Below are positions 38,941 to 48,274 of a stretch of DNA of 64,000 nucleotides, one piece after another (the first letter of the stretch is position 1; every line of letters begins with the position of its first letter). This DNA comes from Shigella phage Ag3. The position numbers and the translations under genes are program-made. The stretch lies in the sequence record FJ373894. One strand, 5' to 3'. The notes beneath the pieces are model-generated. The model was not told the DNA's origin. It made no database searches and was given only the letters and a program-made list of their open reading frames with translations.

Positions 38941-40702
38941 AACGCACCTCCGGCTCCACAGTTACAGCACCGATGCGAAGCACCTGGTTCTGTGTGGCCT
39001 GAATGTTCTGGTCAAGACCGTCTGGAGACACGATGATAGTCACTCCCTCGGTGTTGTAGTTGGATACTGTGATGCGCTGGAGTTCAACAACGCCATTCAC
39101 ATAATCAACCGTTCCAACAGCTTGTACCAGATATTCCTTGGTCGTGTCTGCTGTACTCACCTTGTACATATTCAGGACACCGCTGACATCGCGCATGTAG
39201 TAAGTGAAGTCGACCTCGGCCGGAAGCGGCTTAAACCCACTGATACGCACAGAACCAGATGCAATTGAGCGTCCATAATCGAACGTGAAGCTGTCCAGTA
39301 CCCCATAGTCTGGCTTGAAGTGGCGCTTGTACTTCACGGAAGCGATGTTTGACGCTATCGATCTGTCCATGTCGGTGATGGCCGACTGCAACTGCTCTTT
39401 ATCGAACAGTTCGTCGAATCCTTCCAGGTTCCCCAAGCCCCAGTTGACAACACCGTTCTTTACGACTGTCTTCAACTGCTCTTCGGTGTAGGCCGTGGAA
39501 GTCGGATCCCAGAACACGCGGGTGGTGACATCAACATAAGTCAGTTCGGCGTCGACAATCTTGGGTGTGATCGTACCCACATTGTACTTGTCCAAAGTCG
39601 CCACGATATCTGCCTTCTCAGCGTCCGACAGCGTCTCACCAACAGAAGGTACTACAGCAATGTAAACGTATCCAGAGTCGGGCGGAGATAGCGTGTCGCC
39701 GCCATATGCTTTGGCGCGGGAGACGTTGGAGAACAGACGCTCGGCCAACACAGCATAATCGACTTCGGCTACCGCCGCACCCTCAGCCTGATAAGCCAGC
39801 GGAGCAAGGCGCTTGATATCCTCAATGCTCTCTGGGTCTGTACCGCCAGAAGAACGTTCTGACACCAGCTCAACATCTACAAGGTTGAAGCCCCCGATGG
39901 AAGACGCAGAGGACAAGGCAGTGATGTCATTGCCGTCTGCACCAGATGTCTCCAGATACTGAAGGTACACGACGTTCCCGTCTTCTACTCGCTTGCAGAT
40001 ATAACCGTCGCCGAATTCAAACGTGTACATCCCGTCCAACCCCAGCTCAACGAAGTAGAGTTGTGCATACTGGCTCAAATCGAACGGGCTGACATATCGT
40101 GAGAAGGTAGACCGCACGTCGGAGGTCTCAGATTCTTGCACCTGCACCACCATGTGGTTGATGTCCACGGAAGAAGACGGGATCACATAGGTGGAGATCG
40201 CGCTGCCTTCCACGTCATAGGACTTGTACAGCCAGTTGCCCTGCACGAGTTTGATGTTCTCGAACTTGTAAGAGCCGTCTACAAGAGAGGCGCTCACAGG
40301 TTGGTCAACCGTGAAGTTGTAGGATTTGCCATCCTTCGCTCCAATGAACATCGCCCGGCGGTCCATTACAATCGTATCTGGAGCCGTGCTGGCGTCATAT
40401 GGAGTGACTGTGACGTTTGCGTACAGGAACGCCGCCTGGTGGTTGTGAGGGGTGTAAGACAAGAACCCCGCCGCCAGACCGACATTAGAACGCTGTTGTG
40501 CAGAGTGAAGATGGCTTTCGCCATTCAGCATGTTCTGCATGAACCCGATAGAGTTGGCATCCGAGGCCAAGATACGCACGATTGCACTGAGACCAGAACC
40601 TTCAAAGTCATAATCCTTGAAAGTTGGATCAGCTTTCATGCGCTTCTTGATAAGATACTCGAAAGCCCTGACATCGAGTGAAGGAACTGTTTGTGTGGCC
40701 AT
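38921..40702 (-). CDS. baseplate wedge protein (gp6/J-like?)
   Basis: ORF track 38921..40717; ATG at 40702 with GGAG RBS; first gene of late operon. Confidence 0.5.
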   Translation of the reverse strand: MATQTVPSLDVRAFEYLIKKRMKADPTFKDYDFEGSGLSAIVRILASDANSIGFMQNMLNGESHLHSAQQRSNVGLAAGFLSYTPHNHQAAFLYANVTVTPYDASTAPDTIVMDRRAMFIGAKDGKSYNFTVDQPVSASLVDGSYKFENIKLVQGNWLYKSYDVEGSAISTYVIPSSSVDINHMVVQVQESETSDVRSTFSRYVSPFDLSQYAQLYFVELGLDGMYTFEFGDGYICKRVEDGNVVYLQYLETSGADGNDITALSSASSIGGFNLVDVELVSERSSGGTDPESIEDIKRLAPLAYQAEGAAVAEVDYAVLAERLFSNVSRAKAYGGDTLSPPDSGYVYIAVVPSVGETLSDAEKADIVATLDKYNVGTITPKIVDAELTYVDVTTRVFWDPTSTAYTEEQLKTVVKNGVVNWGLGNLEGFDELFDKEQLQSAITDMDRSIASNIASVKYKRHFKPDYGVLDSFTFDYGRSIASGSVRISGFKPLPAEVDFTYYMRDVSGVLNMYKVSTADTTKEYLVQAVGTVDYVNGVVELQRITVSNYNTEGVTIIVSPDGLDQNIQATQNQVLRIGAVTVEPEVRYVQRSQ

Positions 40703-40740
40703 GTTTATCTCCATCACCTGAACTTGAATATGGTGTTGAA

Positions 40741-40752
40741 GATATTTAGTGG
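40741..40752 (-). promoter_or_regulatory. late-promoter-like CACTAAATATC upstream of baseplate gene
   Basis: About 35 nt upstream of ATG 40702. Confidence 0.35.
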
Positions 40753-40985
40753 GATGGGATTGAAACTTCCTCGCGCGTTATTTTATTATACTATCACTCG
40801 CTTCACTGCGTTCCGCTCGGATAACACCGCCTTGACAGGCAGTCCCATTCCACAGCCATGGAGGCTGCTTTTCGTTGTTCGTTAACACTCACAACTCAAA
40901 GGGCACAGCGATACGATACAGTCTCTGAGTGGTGTAGAAAAGTAGTTTTTGCCTATTAATAAACCGCGCTCCTATTTGTTGGCCT

Positions 40986-41015
40986 TTAATTCAATAACAC
41001 CTTCACCAATATAAT
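40986..41015 (+). promoter_or_regulatory. sigma70-like promoter candidate
   Basis: TATAAT at 41010..41015; weak -35 TTAATT 18 nt upstream. Confidence 0.3.
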
Positions 41016-41051
41016 AGTGCGGTCAATTAACCATATATTAAGGAACCTCTC

Positions 41052-41624
41052 ATGCACATCAACACTGCTATCACGAAACACATCATTCCTTTGTTAGAGA
41101 AATATGAAGGGAAGAAATCAAAGGATATTTCGTTTGAAGATATATCCGCCGAAGTGAAGCGCTTGACACGTAAAGAAGTCAATTTCCGCCGTGTTCCCCC
41201 ATCTGCAGTAGATCGGGCAAAGTCAGATTTGAACACGGCTTCCACTTTCTCCTTTAATATCGATGCCACGGCGACATTGGTATCCGAATTAACGCAGTCG
41301 TCACAAGCCCGTCGCGATCGCTTCCGCCATTTATGTGTGGCCAACGACTATCCTAGCACCCGTGTCGGCATCAAGCTTGAAGCAATCCGCTCCGAGGTGT
41401 GCTTCACAGTGAACTATATCCTGGAGCCTGAAACCAGCAACATTTATTTCGCAGCCATCATCGGCTTCTATGGTACATCCATTAATGGTTGGGCTGAGCG
41501 CGTTGAATTAAAAGAGACTCTGAACAAACACAGCATCCCGTCCACCCATTATATGTCGCTCGCAGCCGCCCGTGAATATGTGTATCTGCTCGAGCGTGAT
41601 GTGAAGTTAAAAGTGGTAAAATAA
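41052..41624 (+). CDS. hypothetical protein (190 aa)
   Basis: AAGGAA RBS; TATAAT-like hexamer 41010..41015 upstream. Confidence 0.5.
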   Translation: MHINTAITKHIIPLLEKYEGKKSKDISFEDISAEVKRLTRKEVNFRRVPPSAVDRAKSDLNTASTFSFNIDATATLVSELTQSSQARRDRFRHLCVANDYPSTRVGIKLEAIRSEVCFTVNYILEPETSNIYFAAIIGFYGTSINGWAERVELKETLNKHSIPSTHYMSLAAAREYVYLLERDVKLKVVK

Positions 41625-41681
41625 CGCTTTATTCAATACAGAATTGCAGTAAAGTTAGTTGCATGGAAGGGAGGGAACACT

Positions 41682-41828
41682 ATGTTTTACATGATGTTGC
41701 TCCTCATCCTCCTGATCGGGATTACCTTTACTCTCCTGGGTCTACCCGATCAGTCCGGTACTCAGTCGCCCACTTCGGCGCATCCGGTTTTGAGTGAAGG
41801 TTCGTCCGCACTGCTGTGGGCAGTGTAG
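41682..41828 (+). CDS. small hydrophobic peptide (48 aa)
   Basis: Manually found; GGAAGGGAGGG RBS; MFYMMLLLILLIGITF. Confidence 0.25.
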   Translation: MFYMMLLLILLIGITFTLLGLPDQSGTQSPTSAHPVLSEGSSALLWAV

Positions 41829-43681
41829 CTCAAAGAGGAGAGGACTTTTCAAATTAGCTGGTCTGTGGTAAAGTATTAAACACGAGGGAAACAGCGCATT
41901 GAGTTAGGCATCTAAAGCCGACCTCACTAATCCCAGTCTCAGGGGCATGCGTGAATAGAGGCGTGACATCCACCTTGCATGGTGTTAGTGGACGCACTGA
42001 CCGTCGGAGAACGAAACTCCCTGTTGTAGCGTGATTAGCTCAGAAATAGAGAGCACCCCGTTGGCAAGTCGACACCAACACATAGGGGAGGTCGGGGGCG
42101 CTAATCTCCATCACGCCGACAACATTATGAGTCTTCATAGAGGGTTCATAATGTTGCGTCAAAGGGCAACAAAGGTTCCTGTTGGTTGAATTAACTTGAT
42201 TCATAGTTCCTGCTGATCTTCCCGGATTCGAAGGAGCACCAACAGGCGAGGCCGGATGCGTAAGTTCCGGCAAATCGATGGCGAGGTGGTGCATTGGTGA
42301 CACGGGGTAGCGCCCAGAAGTGTGGTTCGATTCCACACCCTCGCCAACAAATTAAAGGGTTTTCAATAATGGATTGCAGAGTATAGTTAACCCACTGAAC
42401 GAAAAGCTGTTTGGGCACTAGACAAACACTTCGATGTGAACCCAGGACATGGCGTCTTGTGCTCAAACAGGTTTTCGTTTTCGTTGTGCGTGACTTTGCG
42501 GGTTTTAAGAAACAGACCACAAAAATAAATGCAAACGATGATGTAGTTCTGATGGCGGCGTAATAGCCTATAAGTCAGTGAGGTCTTCCGACTCCTCATA
42601 ACAAAATTCGGCGCACTAAAAATAGGCGGGAGGGTGTGATTAATAAGCTCCCGCCGACATCTGAGAGGGCACTTGATCGAGGTCGGTATCCGCTATACGG
42701 GATGCTGTAAAATGAATCCACGGAGTGTCCTCCCAGATGTGTCTCACAGCGCATCAGTTTGCAGTTATGCAAGCTTCAATAAGTTAAAACGCGCCTCAGG
42801 CGTTATGGGATAAAGCCTTAAACAGTGGAATCCCCAGGGCTGGCAATCCCTGTTAAAGAAGTAGCCGTGTGGGGGTCAGCCCCCACAACGCAAAGTAGAG
42901 TCCTCTGGACGTTGAACTTAACCCAAGGGTTGATTCACATGGTGAACGTTCCCGGCGGCGATAGTACAAGATGAGGGGTCATTGAAGTTCAGAGAACTCT
43001 ACTTTGCGGCAGGTACTGCAAAACAGTGATCATCCTGACAAGCGTGATCACTCTTCGACAAAGCATCGCATCGTGGCCATCAACCACATCCTCGCTCTAG
43101 TGATGAGTGGTGTTATGTTCTGTCGGCCAGCCTCGTTTGGTCCGAGCGTAGAGGACAAGTGCTGAAGTGTGACGAAGACACTGAAGTGCGGGTTGTTTAG
43201 TGAATCCTGCTAAGCGCAAGGGTTGAGTGGCAAGAAACACCTGAGGATAAGTCAACGCCATTATTCGCCATGATAATGGCATCGGGAGGCACCCGACGCT
43301 AAACCGTTTGGCCTGACGAAACAGGCAAGTATCTGGGGTCGATCACCTTATCCTCACCCAGATGCGGGTTGTAGCATGGCTGCAACTCTGATGGCTCTCA
43401 ATATTCCATAATGTGTATCGGTTGTGGATGACAGGTAAATGAGCGGAAAGGCGAGAGCCATCAGAGTTGTGACCAACCCGATCTTGCAAGCCCGTATCCC
43501 TGTATGGTTAAGACTTGCAAGTGGAAAGCCCTGGAAAAATAAACGCCTGTGGTGAGGCTACGGTGCAAGCCAAAGACCCACAGAAGCGCGTTGCCGTGAG
43601 GCGCACAAACAGGCATGCATGAACTGATCATGCACAAACGGGATAAAGGGTTGACAGTCCTTGGTTGGTCACACAATAATT

Positions 43682-43761
43682 TGGAGGATGATGGAAGGGG
43701 TAGACATTCCCTGAGGGGATGGCGGCAGCCGTTGAAGGTTCGAATCCTTCTCCTCCAACCA
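43682..43761 (+). tRNA. tRNA-Ser-like (anticodon UGA), non-canonical
   Basis: Perfect acceptor TGGAGGA/TCCTCCA and T-arm GAAGGTTCGAATCCTTC; long variable arm; C at position 33 and poor D-stem. Confidence 0.4.
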
Positions 43762-43946
43762 AATTGAGGGGCGATAGTTTAAGGGATAGTTGTCCGGACA
43801 GCGAATCCTCATAGAGAACGGCTGGGCGGCCAAACCCAGCAGGTGAGGTGAAAATCCTCAAACCCCGCCAAACATTGTTGGACTGCCAGCAAGCTCCGGT
43901 CTACGGCAGGCGTGATGGGATCGCGGAATTCAAATACCGCCTTGGG

Positions 43947-43956
43947 AGCACCTAAA
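43947..43956 (+). promoter_or_regulatory. late-promoter-like CTAAATAAAC upstream of small ORF
   Basis: About 35 nt upstream of ATG 43989. Confidence 0.3.
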
Positions 43957-43988
43957 TAAACCAGTTGTTCAATAAACAACTGGTGAGT

Positions 43989-44189
43989 ATGATGAAAACG
44001 TTCGGTGATTTTATTGCTGAGTGGGATGGCCTCGCCACCGACAACAAAGAGATTGTCGAGTTTGTTGAAAAGCGAGGTGACAAGTGGGTTGTCCTTGACC
44101 ACACCAAGACGAAGGTTCTTGGTACACATGACACCAAAGCTGACGCTGATGCCCAATTAAGGGCGATTGAAGCGAACAAGCACGGATAA
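43989..44189 (+). CDS. small hypothetical protein (66 aa)
   Basis: ORF track 43965..44189; ATG at 43989 after GGTGAG; CTAAATAA motif upstream. Confidence 0.4.
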   Translation: MMKTFGDFIAEWDGLATDNKEIVEFVEKRGDKWVVLDHTKTKVLGTHDTKADADAQLRAIEANKHG

Positions 44190-44190
44190 A

Positions 44191-44266
44191 GACGATGTAG
44201 TTCAGTCGGTAGAACGGCGGTCTGTTAAACCGTATGTCGCAGGTTCAAGTCCTGCCATCGTCGCCA
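44191..44266 (+). tRNA. tRNA-Asn (anticodon GUU)
   Basis: Cloverleaf by hand: acceptor GACGATG/CATCGTC, loop CTGTTAA, T-arm GCAGGTTCAAGTCCTGC, encoded CCA. Confidence 0.85.
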
Positions 44267-44523
44267 GACAATGGGTGTGAACGAAAGTGAATAGGCACGA
44301 AGTACGCGACCGACAAGCTCCAAGCCTCTGTCCAATAGCCGAACGGAATCTGAAGACGACGATAGTAACGCCCACCAAATTCAGAGTGTAGAGGCTACAG
44401 TAGTGCGCACCTCACGGGTTGCTACACCGGACACTCTGATACAAATCTGCCGCTGCGTGGATTAGCTGAGGAAGGATGGCCGATGTCCTCGAGCGTGGCC
44501 CAGCACGCAGCGGTAGACCAAAT

Positions 44524-44607
44524 GTGAGTGTGGCAGAGCGGTCGAATGCAGGAGACTGTAAATCTCCCCGTAACAGCGCGGTGGTTCGAATCCATCCACT
44601 CACACCA
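44524..44607 (+). tRNA. tRNA-Tyr (anticodon GUA)
   Basis: Acceptor GTGAGTG/CACTCAC, anticodon arm GGAGACTGTAAATCTCC, long variable arm, T-arm GGTGGTTCGAATCCATC, CCA. Confidence 0.85.
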
Positions 44608-44829
44608 AACACAGTAAGCGTTGCAGCCAGCTGTGTATAAAATGGGGTGACTCCACATCGGAAACGATGCCCCAACTTCCAGAAATGGTCGGGCGCAAAG
44701 CCTGTAAAGTTCCAGGAGATCGAACCAGAAGGCACTGGTCGCCAGTTAACCAATCGGCGCTGAGAAGCGCGGGGAGTTGGGCTACGGCAGATCAAATGCT
44801 CAATCGGGTGTGAATCCCGTTCAAATTTC

Positions 44830-44913
44830 GCGGGAGCCATAGGGGTTGGACAGTAGCCGACTGATCATCGGCGACGATCACTGGACAGGTTCGAATCCTG
44901 ATCTCCCGCTCCA
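44830..44913 (+). tRNA. tRNA-like gene, possibly Ile (GAU) or pseudo-tRNA
   Basis: Acceptor GCGGGAG/CTCCCGC, anticodon stem GCCGA/TCGGC with loop CTGATCA, T-loop TTCGAAT; extra base and 12-nt variable region. Confidence 0.35.
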
Positions 44914-44917
44914 AATT

Positions 44918-45006
44918 GGAAGGTTGCCCGAGAGGTTTAAGGGACTCGACTGCTAATCGAGTGGGGCTTTTAGCCCCCGAAGGTTCGAATCCTTCACCTT
45001 CCGCCA
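44918..45006 (+). tRNA. tRNA-Ser (anticodon GCU)
   Basis: Acceptor GGAAGGT/ACCTTCC, D-stem CCC/GGG, loop CTGCTAA, variable arm GGGGC/GCCCC, T-arm GAAGGTTCGAATCCTTC, CCA. Confidence 0.85.
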
Positions 45007-45570
45007 AATTTGCGATCATCGCGGAAATCCCAGACGCGAGTGGAGGCCAGGGTGAAGACTGGCACATGGGCACTGACGGCAAAGGTGTTCTACCTCCTGG
45101 AATTGGGTGGCCTGAATGGTAGGGAAAGCAGCCAAGCGTTGTGGGTTCAACTCCCACTCACCCAGCCCCAGATGGAATGGGTCCATCATCGCAAATCATA
45201 TTTTGGGCGTGACTTCCTGAAGAGTTAGAAGGTGTGCATGCCGACTCTCTCGTAATCGGGTGTTTAGGAAGTTAAGAAAATCGCGGCGAGGATAGTGAAA
45301 TGCAAATAGCTTTCTCTACGCCGACGACTTCAGGTTCGATTCCTGACGCGCTCTCCCATAAGGCAGTACCAGTGCGAAGTGTGTAGTCTTTTCAACCCAT
45401 CCCCATCGATGTGGTATAGCCAGGTAAGGAAACCTGGCTTTCTTTTGCCCCCAGCTTAATGTCTTCTTATCACCCCAAATATGTAATCCTTCGTCGTAGT
45501 TTGTTCAATGATACAAAGGGGTTTAAAATTTAACCGTTAAAACCCCTATCATTGATTTGAGGATACACCA

Positions 45571-46224
45571 ATGCGTAATGTTTCTATCTGGGAAAATACT
45601 GAAGAATGGGAATTGCAGTCCACCCCAACTATAATCCGTATGTTCCAATACAAAGGCAACAAGCGTACTCTGAACGAGTTCTTGTCGCCGAATTATATCC
45701 ATCGCGGCTCCCAGCTCGCTCCGCGTGATCTCAACCAGCCTGGCGAATGCACACCCTTTGATCTCGGCGTGAAGGGGCAGGTTGTCCTTATGGGTTACTC
45801 TAGTATTACCGCCGCCGAAGAGGGCAACGGTCAACCGTTCAAAGTATTCCATACACGCGAACAGGCAATCCATTGGCTGGTCAAAAACTTCTTCTATTTC
45901 TATGGCGATGAAAGCGCAACCCGCCGTTGTCGTAAAGCCGTTTCTATGGACTTCGACGCAGAGAATCGGAAGTACCAGGCCATGGCTCGCGAGTATGAAA
46001 AGAATCTCGTCAAGCCTGTCACTGTGGTTGACAACAAATACGTCGCTGAAGCCCCGCGTCATACAGTGAATATCGTTCCGGCCTGTGAAACGAAAGCGCC
46101 GACACCGCCTACTCCTCCGGTCAGTCGTGTTCTGAATGATCAGGGCGCTCCGGTAAAACAAAAGGCCAAGAAATCGTCATTTGTGGATAACATGATGAAG
46201 TTCCTGCGGTTGTTCGGGAAATAA
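45571..46224 (+). CDS. hypothetical protein (217 aa)
   Basis: GAGGA RBS; hairpin upstream. Confidence 0.55.
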   Translation: MRNVSIWENTEEWELQSTPTIIRMFQYKGNKRTLNEFLSPNYIHRGSQLAPRDLNQPGECTPFDLGVKGQVVLMGYSSITAAEEGNGQPFKVFHTREQAIHWLVKNFFYFYGDESATRRCRKAVSMDFDAENRKYQAMAREYEKNLVKPVTVVDNKYVAEAPRHTVNIVPACETKAPTPPTPPVSRVLNDQGAPVKQKAKKSSFVDNMMKFLRLFGK

Positions 46225-46280
46225 TAGAAGGGGGGTGTCTCTCTGCAGTAAATAATAGACACCCCTTATGGAGAATTACC

Positions 46281-46790
46281 ATGAAAGCATTTTCTGATTT
46301 TGTTAACAACCGCCTCCAAGAAATAGACCACCCTCTCATGAAGGGTAAGACACCGCTCACCACACAGGAAATGGTGAAAACAATCAATGATTACTCTGGC
46401 ATCCAGTTCAAACATGCGTCCAGCAAACAAGGCGGTTTACAACGACTAGACCACCAAATCGAATTAGGATACAGAACAACAGTAGGTGGTAAAACTGTTT
46501 CTGTAAACACGTCATTCCGCCCTATCGATCAGGCGACTATAAGAAAGTTGGATCTAGACAAGAATATCACTAGTGGTATGGATAACACTCACTATGAAAA
46601 TTCTGAGATCATATTCGAAGTAGGCGGTGATGGTTACTACAAGACAATGAAAGGCAAGAACGACGGAAATACCAAATCCATTAATGAACTTAAGAACGAA
46701 TTAAAAACGGCAGGCAGCGCCCTGAAATCTAGTAAAAACTCGGAAGACCTGGTCGAAAAATTGAAGTCTGCTGGATACCAGTCCTTCTAG
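46281..46790 (+). CDS. hypothetical protein (169 aa)
   Basis: GGAG RBS. Confidence 0.55.
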   Translation: MKAFSDFVNNRLQEIDHPLMKGKTPLTTQEMVKTINDYSGIQFKHASSKQGGLQRLDHQIELGYRTTVGGKTVSVNTSFRPIDQATIRKLDLDKNITSGMDNTHYENSEIIFEVGGDGYYKTMKGKNDGNTKSINELKNELKTAGSALKSSKNSEDLVEKLKSAGYQSF

Positions 46791-46872
46791 ATTCAGGAAA
46801 TAATCTGAGATTCTCCTTTTCTATACTCCTGTAGATACGCTATGATAAGCCAATGTCTACAGGAGAAATAGA

Positions 46873-48129
46873 ATGAACAAATTCGCTGCACAACCCCTCG
46901 CTCCATATATTCCGTTTCACACGTTAGGGAAAGGTCCATACAAAACGATTTTTGATGTCCTCTCTCTTCATCGTGAACATATTCACTGGGAAGACTACCT
47001 CTACAAACACACTCCGTGTGAACTCGTCGCCAACCCCGAAACTAACCAGCAGGTCTGGTTCAAGCGTGAAGATTACTTCGCGCCGCTATCTTGTTATATG
47101 AATGGCAAGCAGGGCATCAACGGCAGCAAACTCCGTCAGGCCATCTGGCTCATGGTTGAGCACCTGAAGGCCGGAGGCTCCCCTGACATCATCCACGGCA
47201 CTGTCGTTGGTAGTCCGCAGTCCCCTATGGCGACGGCAGTCTCTCGGCACTTCGGCGGCAAGACAACCACTGTACTCGGCGCGACCAAACCCACCACTTG
47301 TATGAACCATGATATGGTGGAAATGAGTGCCTGGTTCGGTAGTGAGTTCAACTTCGTCGGCTCCGGCTACAACAGCACCATCCAACCTCGCTGTAAGAAG
47401 CTCATCGAGCAGGTGAATCCAAAGGCGTACTACCTGGAATATGGTATTACCCTGGACCACACAGTGCATTCCCCCGAGCGCATCGCAGGATTCCATATGC
47501 TGGGCGGCGAGCAGGTTGCTAACATCCCTGACCATATCACCGATCTGATCATCCCTGCTGGATCATGCAACTCATGCACAAGCATCCTGACCGGGCTGGC
47601 GATGCACCCTAAGCCTAATCTGAAGCGTGTTTATCTGATTGGGATTGGACCAAACCGCCTGGACTTCATTGAGAGCCGCCTGCGCATCATCGGCAAACAG
47701 GCCAATCTGCCTCACATTGTCGACTTCACCCGTCGTTATCACGACAACCCAGACTATGTCCACGGCAAGAAGGAGCTTCAGCATGCCTCTAAGAGCGTTT
47801 CGCTGGCTGTCCTCCTAAGTGGTATCAGGCAGAAGGGAGAGCCAGAGGTCGTGCTTCCTCGTTTTGAGGTACACCATTGGGATCTTCACACCACCAATTG
47901 GGTTCGTTACAATGACCTGATGGATTATCAGTGGGGTGATATTGAGTTGCACCCTCGCTATGAAGGCAAGGTCATGACCTGGATCCAGCAGAACAAGCCC
48001 GAGTTGCTCAATGAGAACACTCTGTTCTGGATTGTGGGTAGCAAGCCGTACATCGAGCCAATGAAGGCCGCATGCCCTGAGCTGGCTATCCCAGATGAAG
48101 TGAACGTCAACACCTTCACTCCTTCCTGA
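46873..48129 (+). CDS. PLP-dependent enzyme, fold type II (ACC deaminase/D-cysteine desulfhydrase-like)
   Basis: FKREDYF...NGSKLRQA resembles KRDD...GGNKLRK lysine motif; 418 aa. Confidence 0.6.
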   Translation: MNKFAAQPLAPYIPFHTLGKGPYKTIFDVLSLHREHIHWEDYLYKHTPCELVANPETNQQVWFKREDYFAPLSCYMNGKQGINGSKLRQAIWLMVEHLKAGGSPDIIHGTVVGSPQSPMATAVSRHFGGKTTTVLGATKPTTCMNHDMVEMSAWFGSEFNFVGSGYNSTIQPRCKKLIEQVNPKAYYLEYGITLDHTVHSPERIAGFHMLGGEQVANIPDHITDLIIPAGSCNSCTSILTGLAMHPKPNLKRVYLIGIGPNRLDFIESRLRIIGKQANLPHIVDFTRRYHDNPDYVHGKKELQHASKSVSLAVLLSGIRQKGEPEVVLPRFEVHHWDLHTTNWVRYNDLMDYQWGDIELHPRYEGKVMTWIQQNKPELLNENTLFWIVGSKPYIEPMKAACPELAIPDEVNVNTFTPS

Positions 48130-48135
48130 TCCCTT

Positions 48136-48149
48136 CTAAATACCCCATA
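48136..48149 (+). promoter_or_regulatory. late-promoter-like CTAAATACCCCATA (copy 1)
   Basis: Followed by GGGGTATCTATG. Confidence 0.35.
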
Positions 48150-48235
48150 CAACCCGTGTGGGGTATCTATGAAACCTTTCTTGAATATTTCCGTGATATC
48201 GTCCTGTGCAAACCCGGCCTGGCAGTGCGGGAAGC

Positions 48236-48250
48236 CTAAATACCCCATAT
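48236..48250 (+). promoter_or_regulatory. late-promoter-like CTAAATACCCCATAT (copy 2)
   Basis: 25 nt upstream of ATG 48275 with GAGGAA RBS. Confidence 0.4.
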
Positions 48251-48274
48251 GGCTAACCCACTGAGGAACCCAAC

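Noticed and set aside
42284-42350. tRNA-like element with perfect acceptor GGCGAGG/CCTCGCC and T-arm GTGTGGTTCGATTCCACAC
   Set aside because: Only about 33 nt lie between acceptor and T-arm, too few for D- and anticodon arms; treated as a fragment or unusual RNA.
42040-43861. Several overlapping minus-strand ORFs of 60-115 aa in the non-coding block
   Set aside because: Mutually overlapping in different frames, no RBS, in a hairpin-dense region; more likely structured RNA or degenerate tRNA sequence.
45104-45165. T-arm GTGGGTTCAACTCCCAC with possible acceptor TGGGTGG/TCACCCA
   Set aside because: Only 62 nt overall, no anticodon arm and no encoded CCA.
45300-45350. T-arm-like TCAGGTTCGATTCCTGA
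   Set aside because: No complementary 5-prime acceptor within 90 nt upstream.
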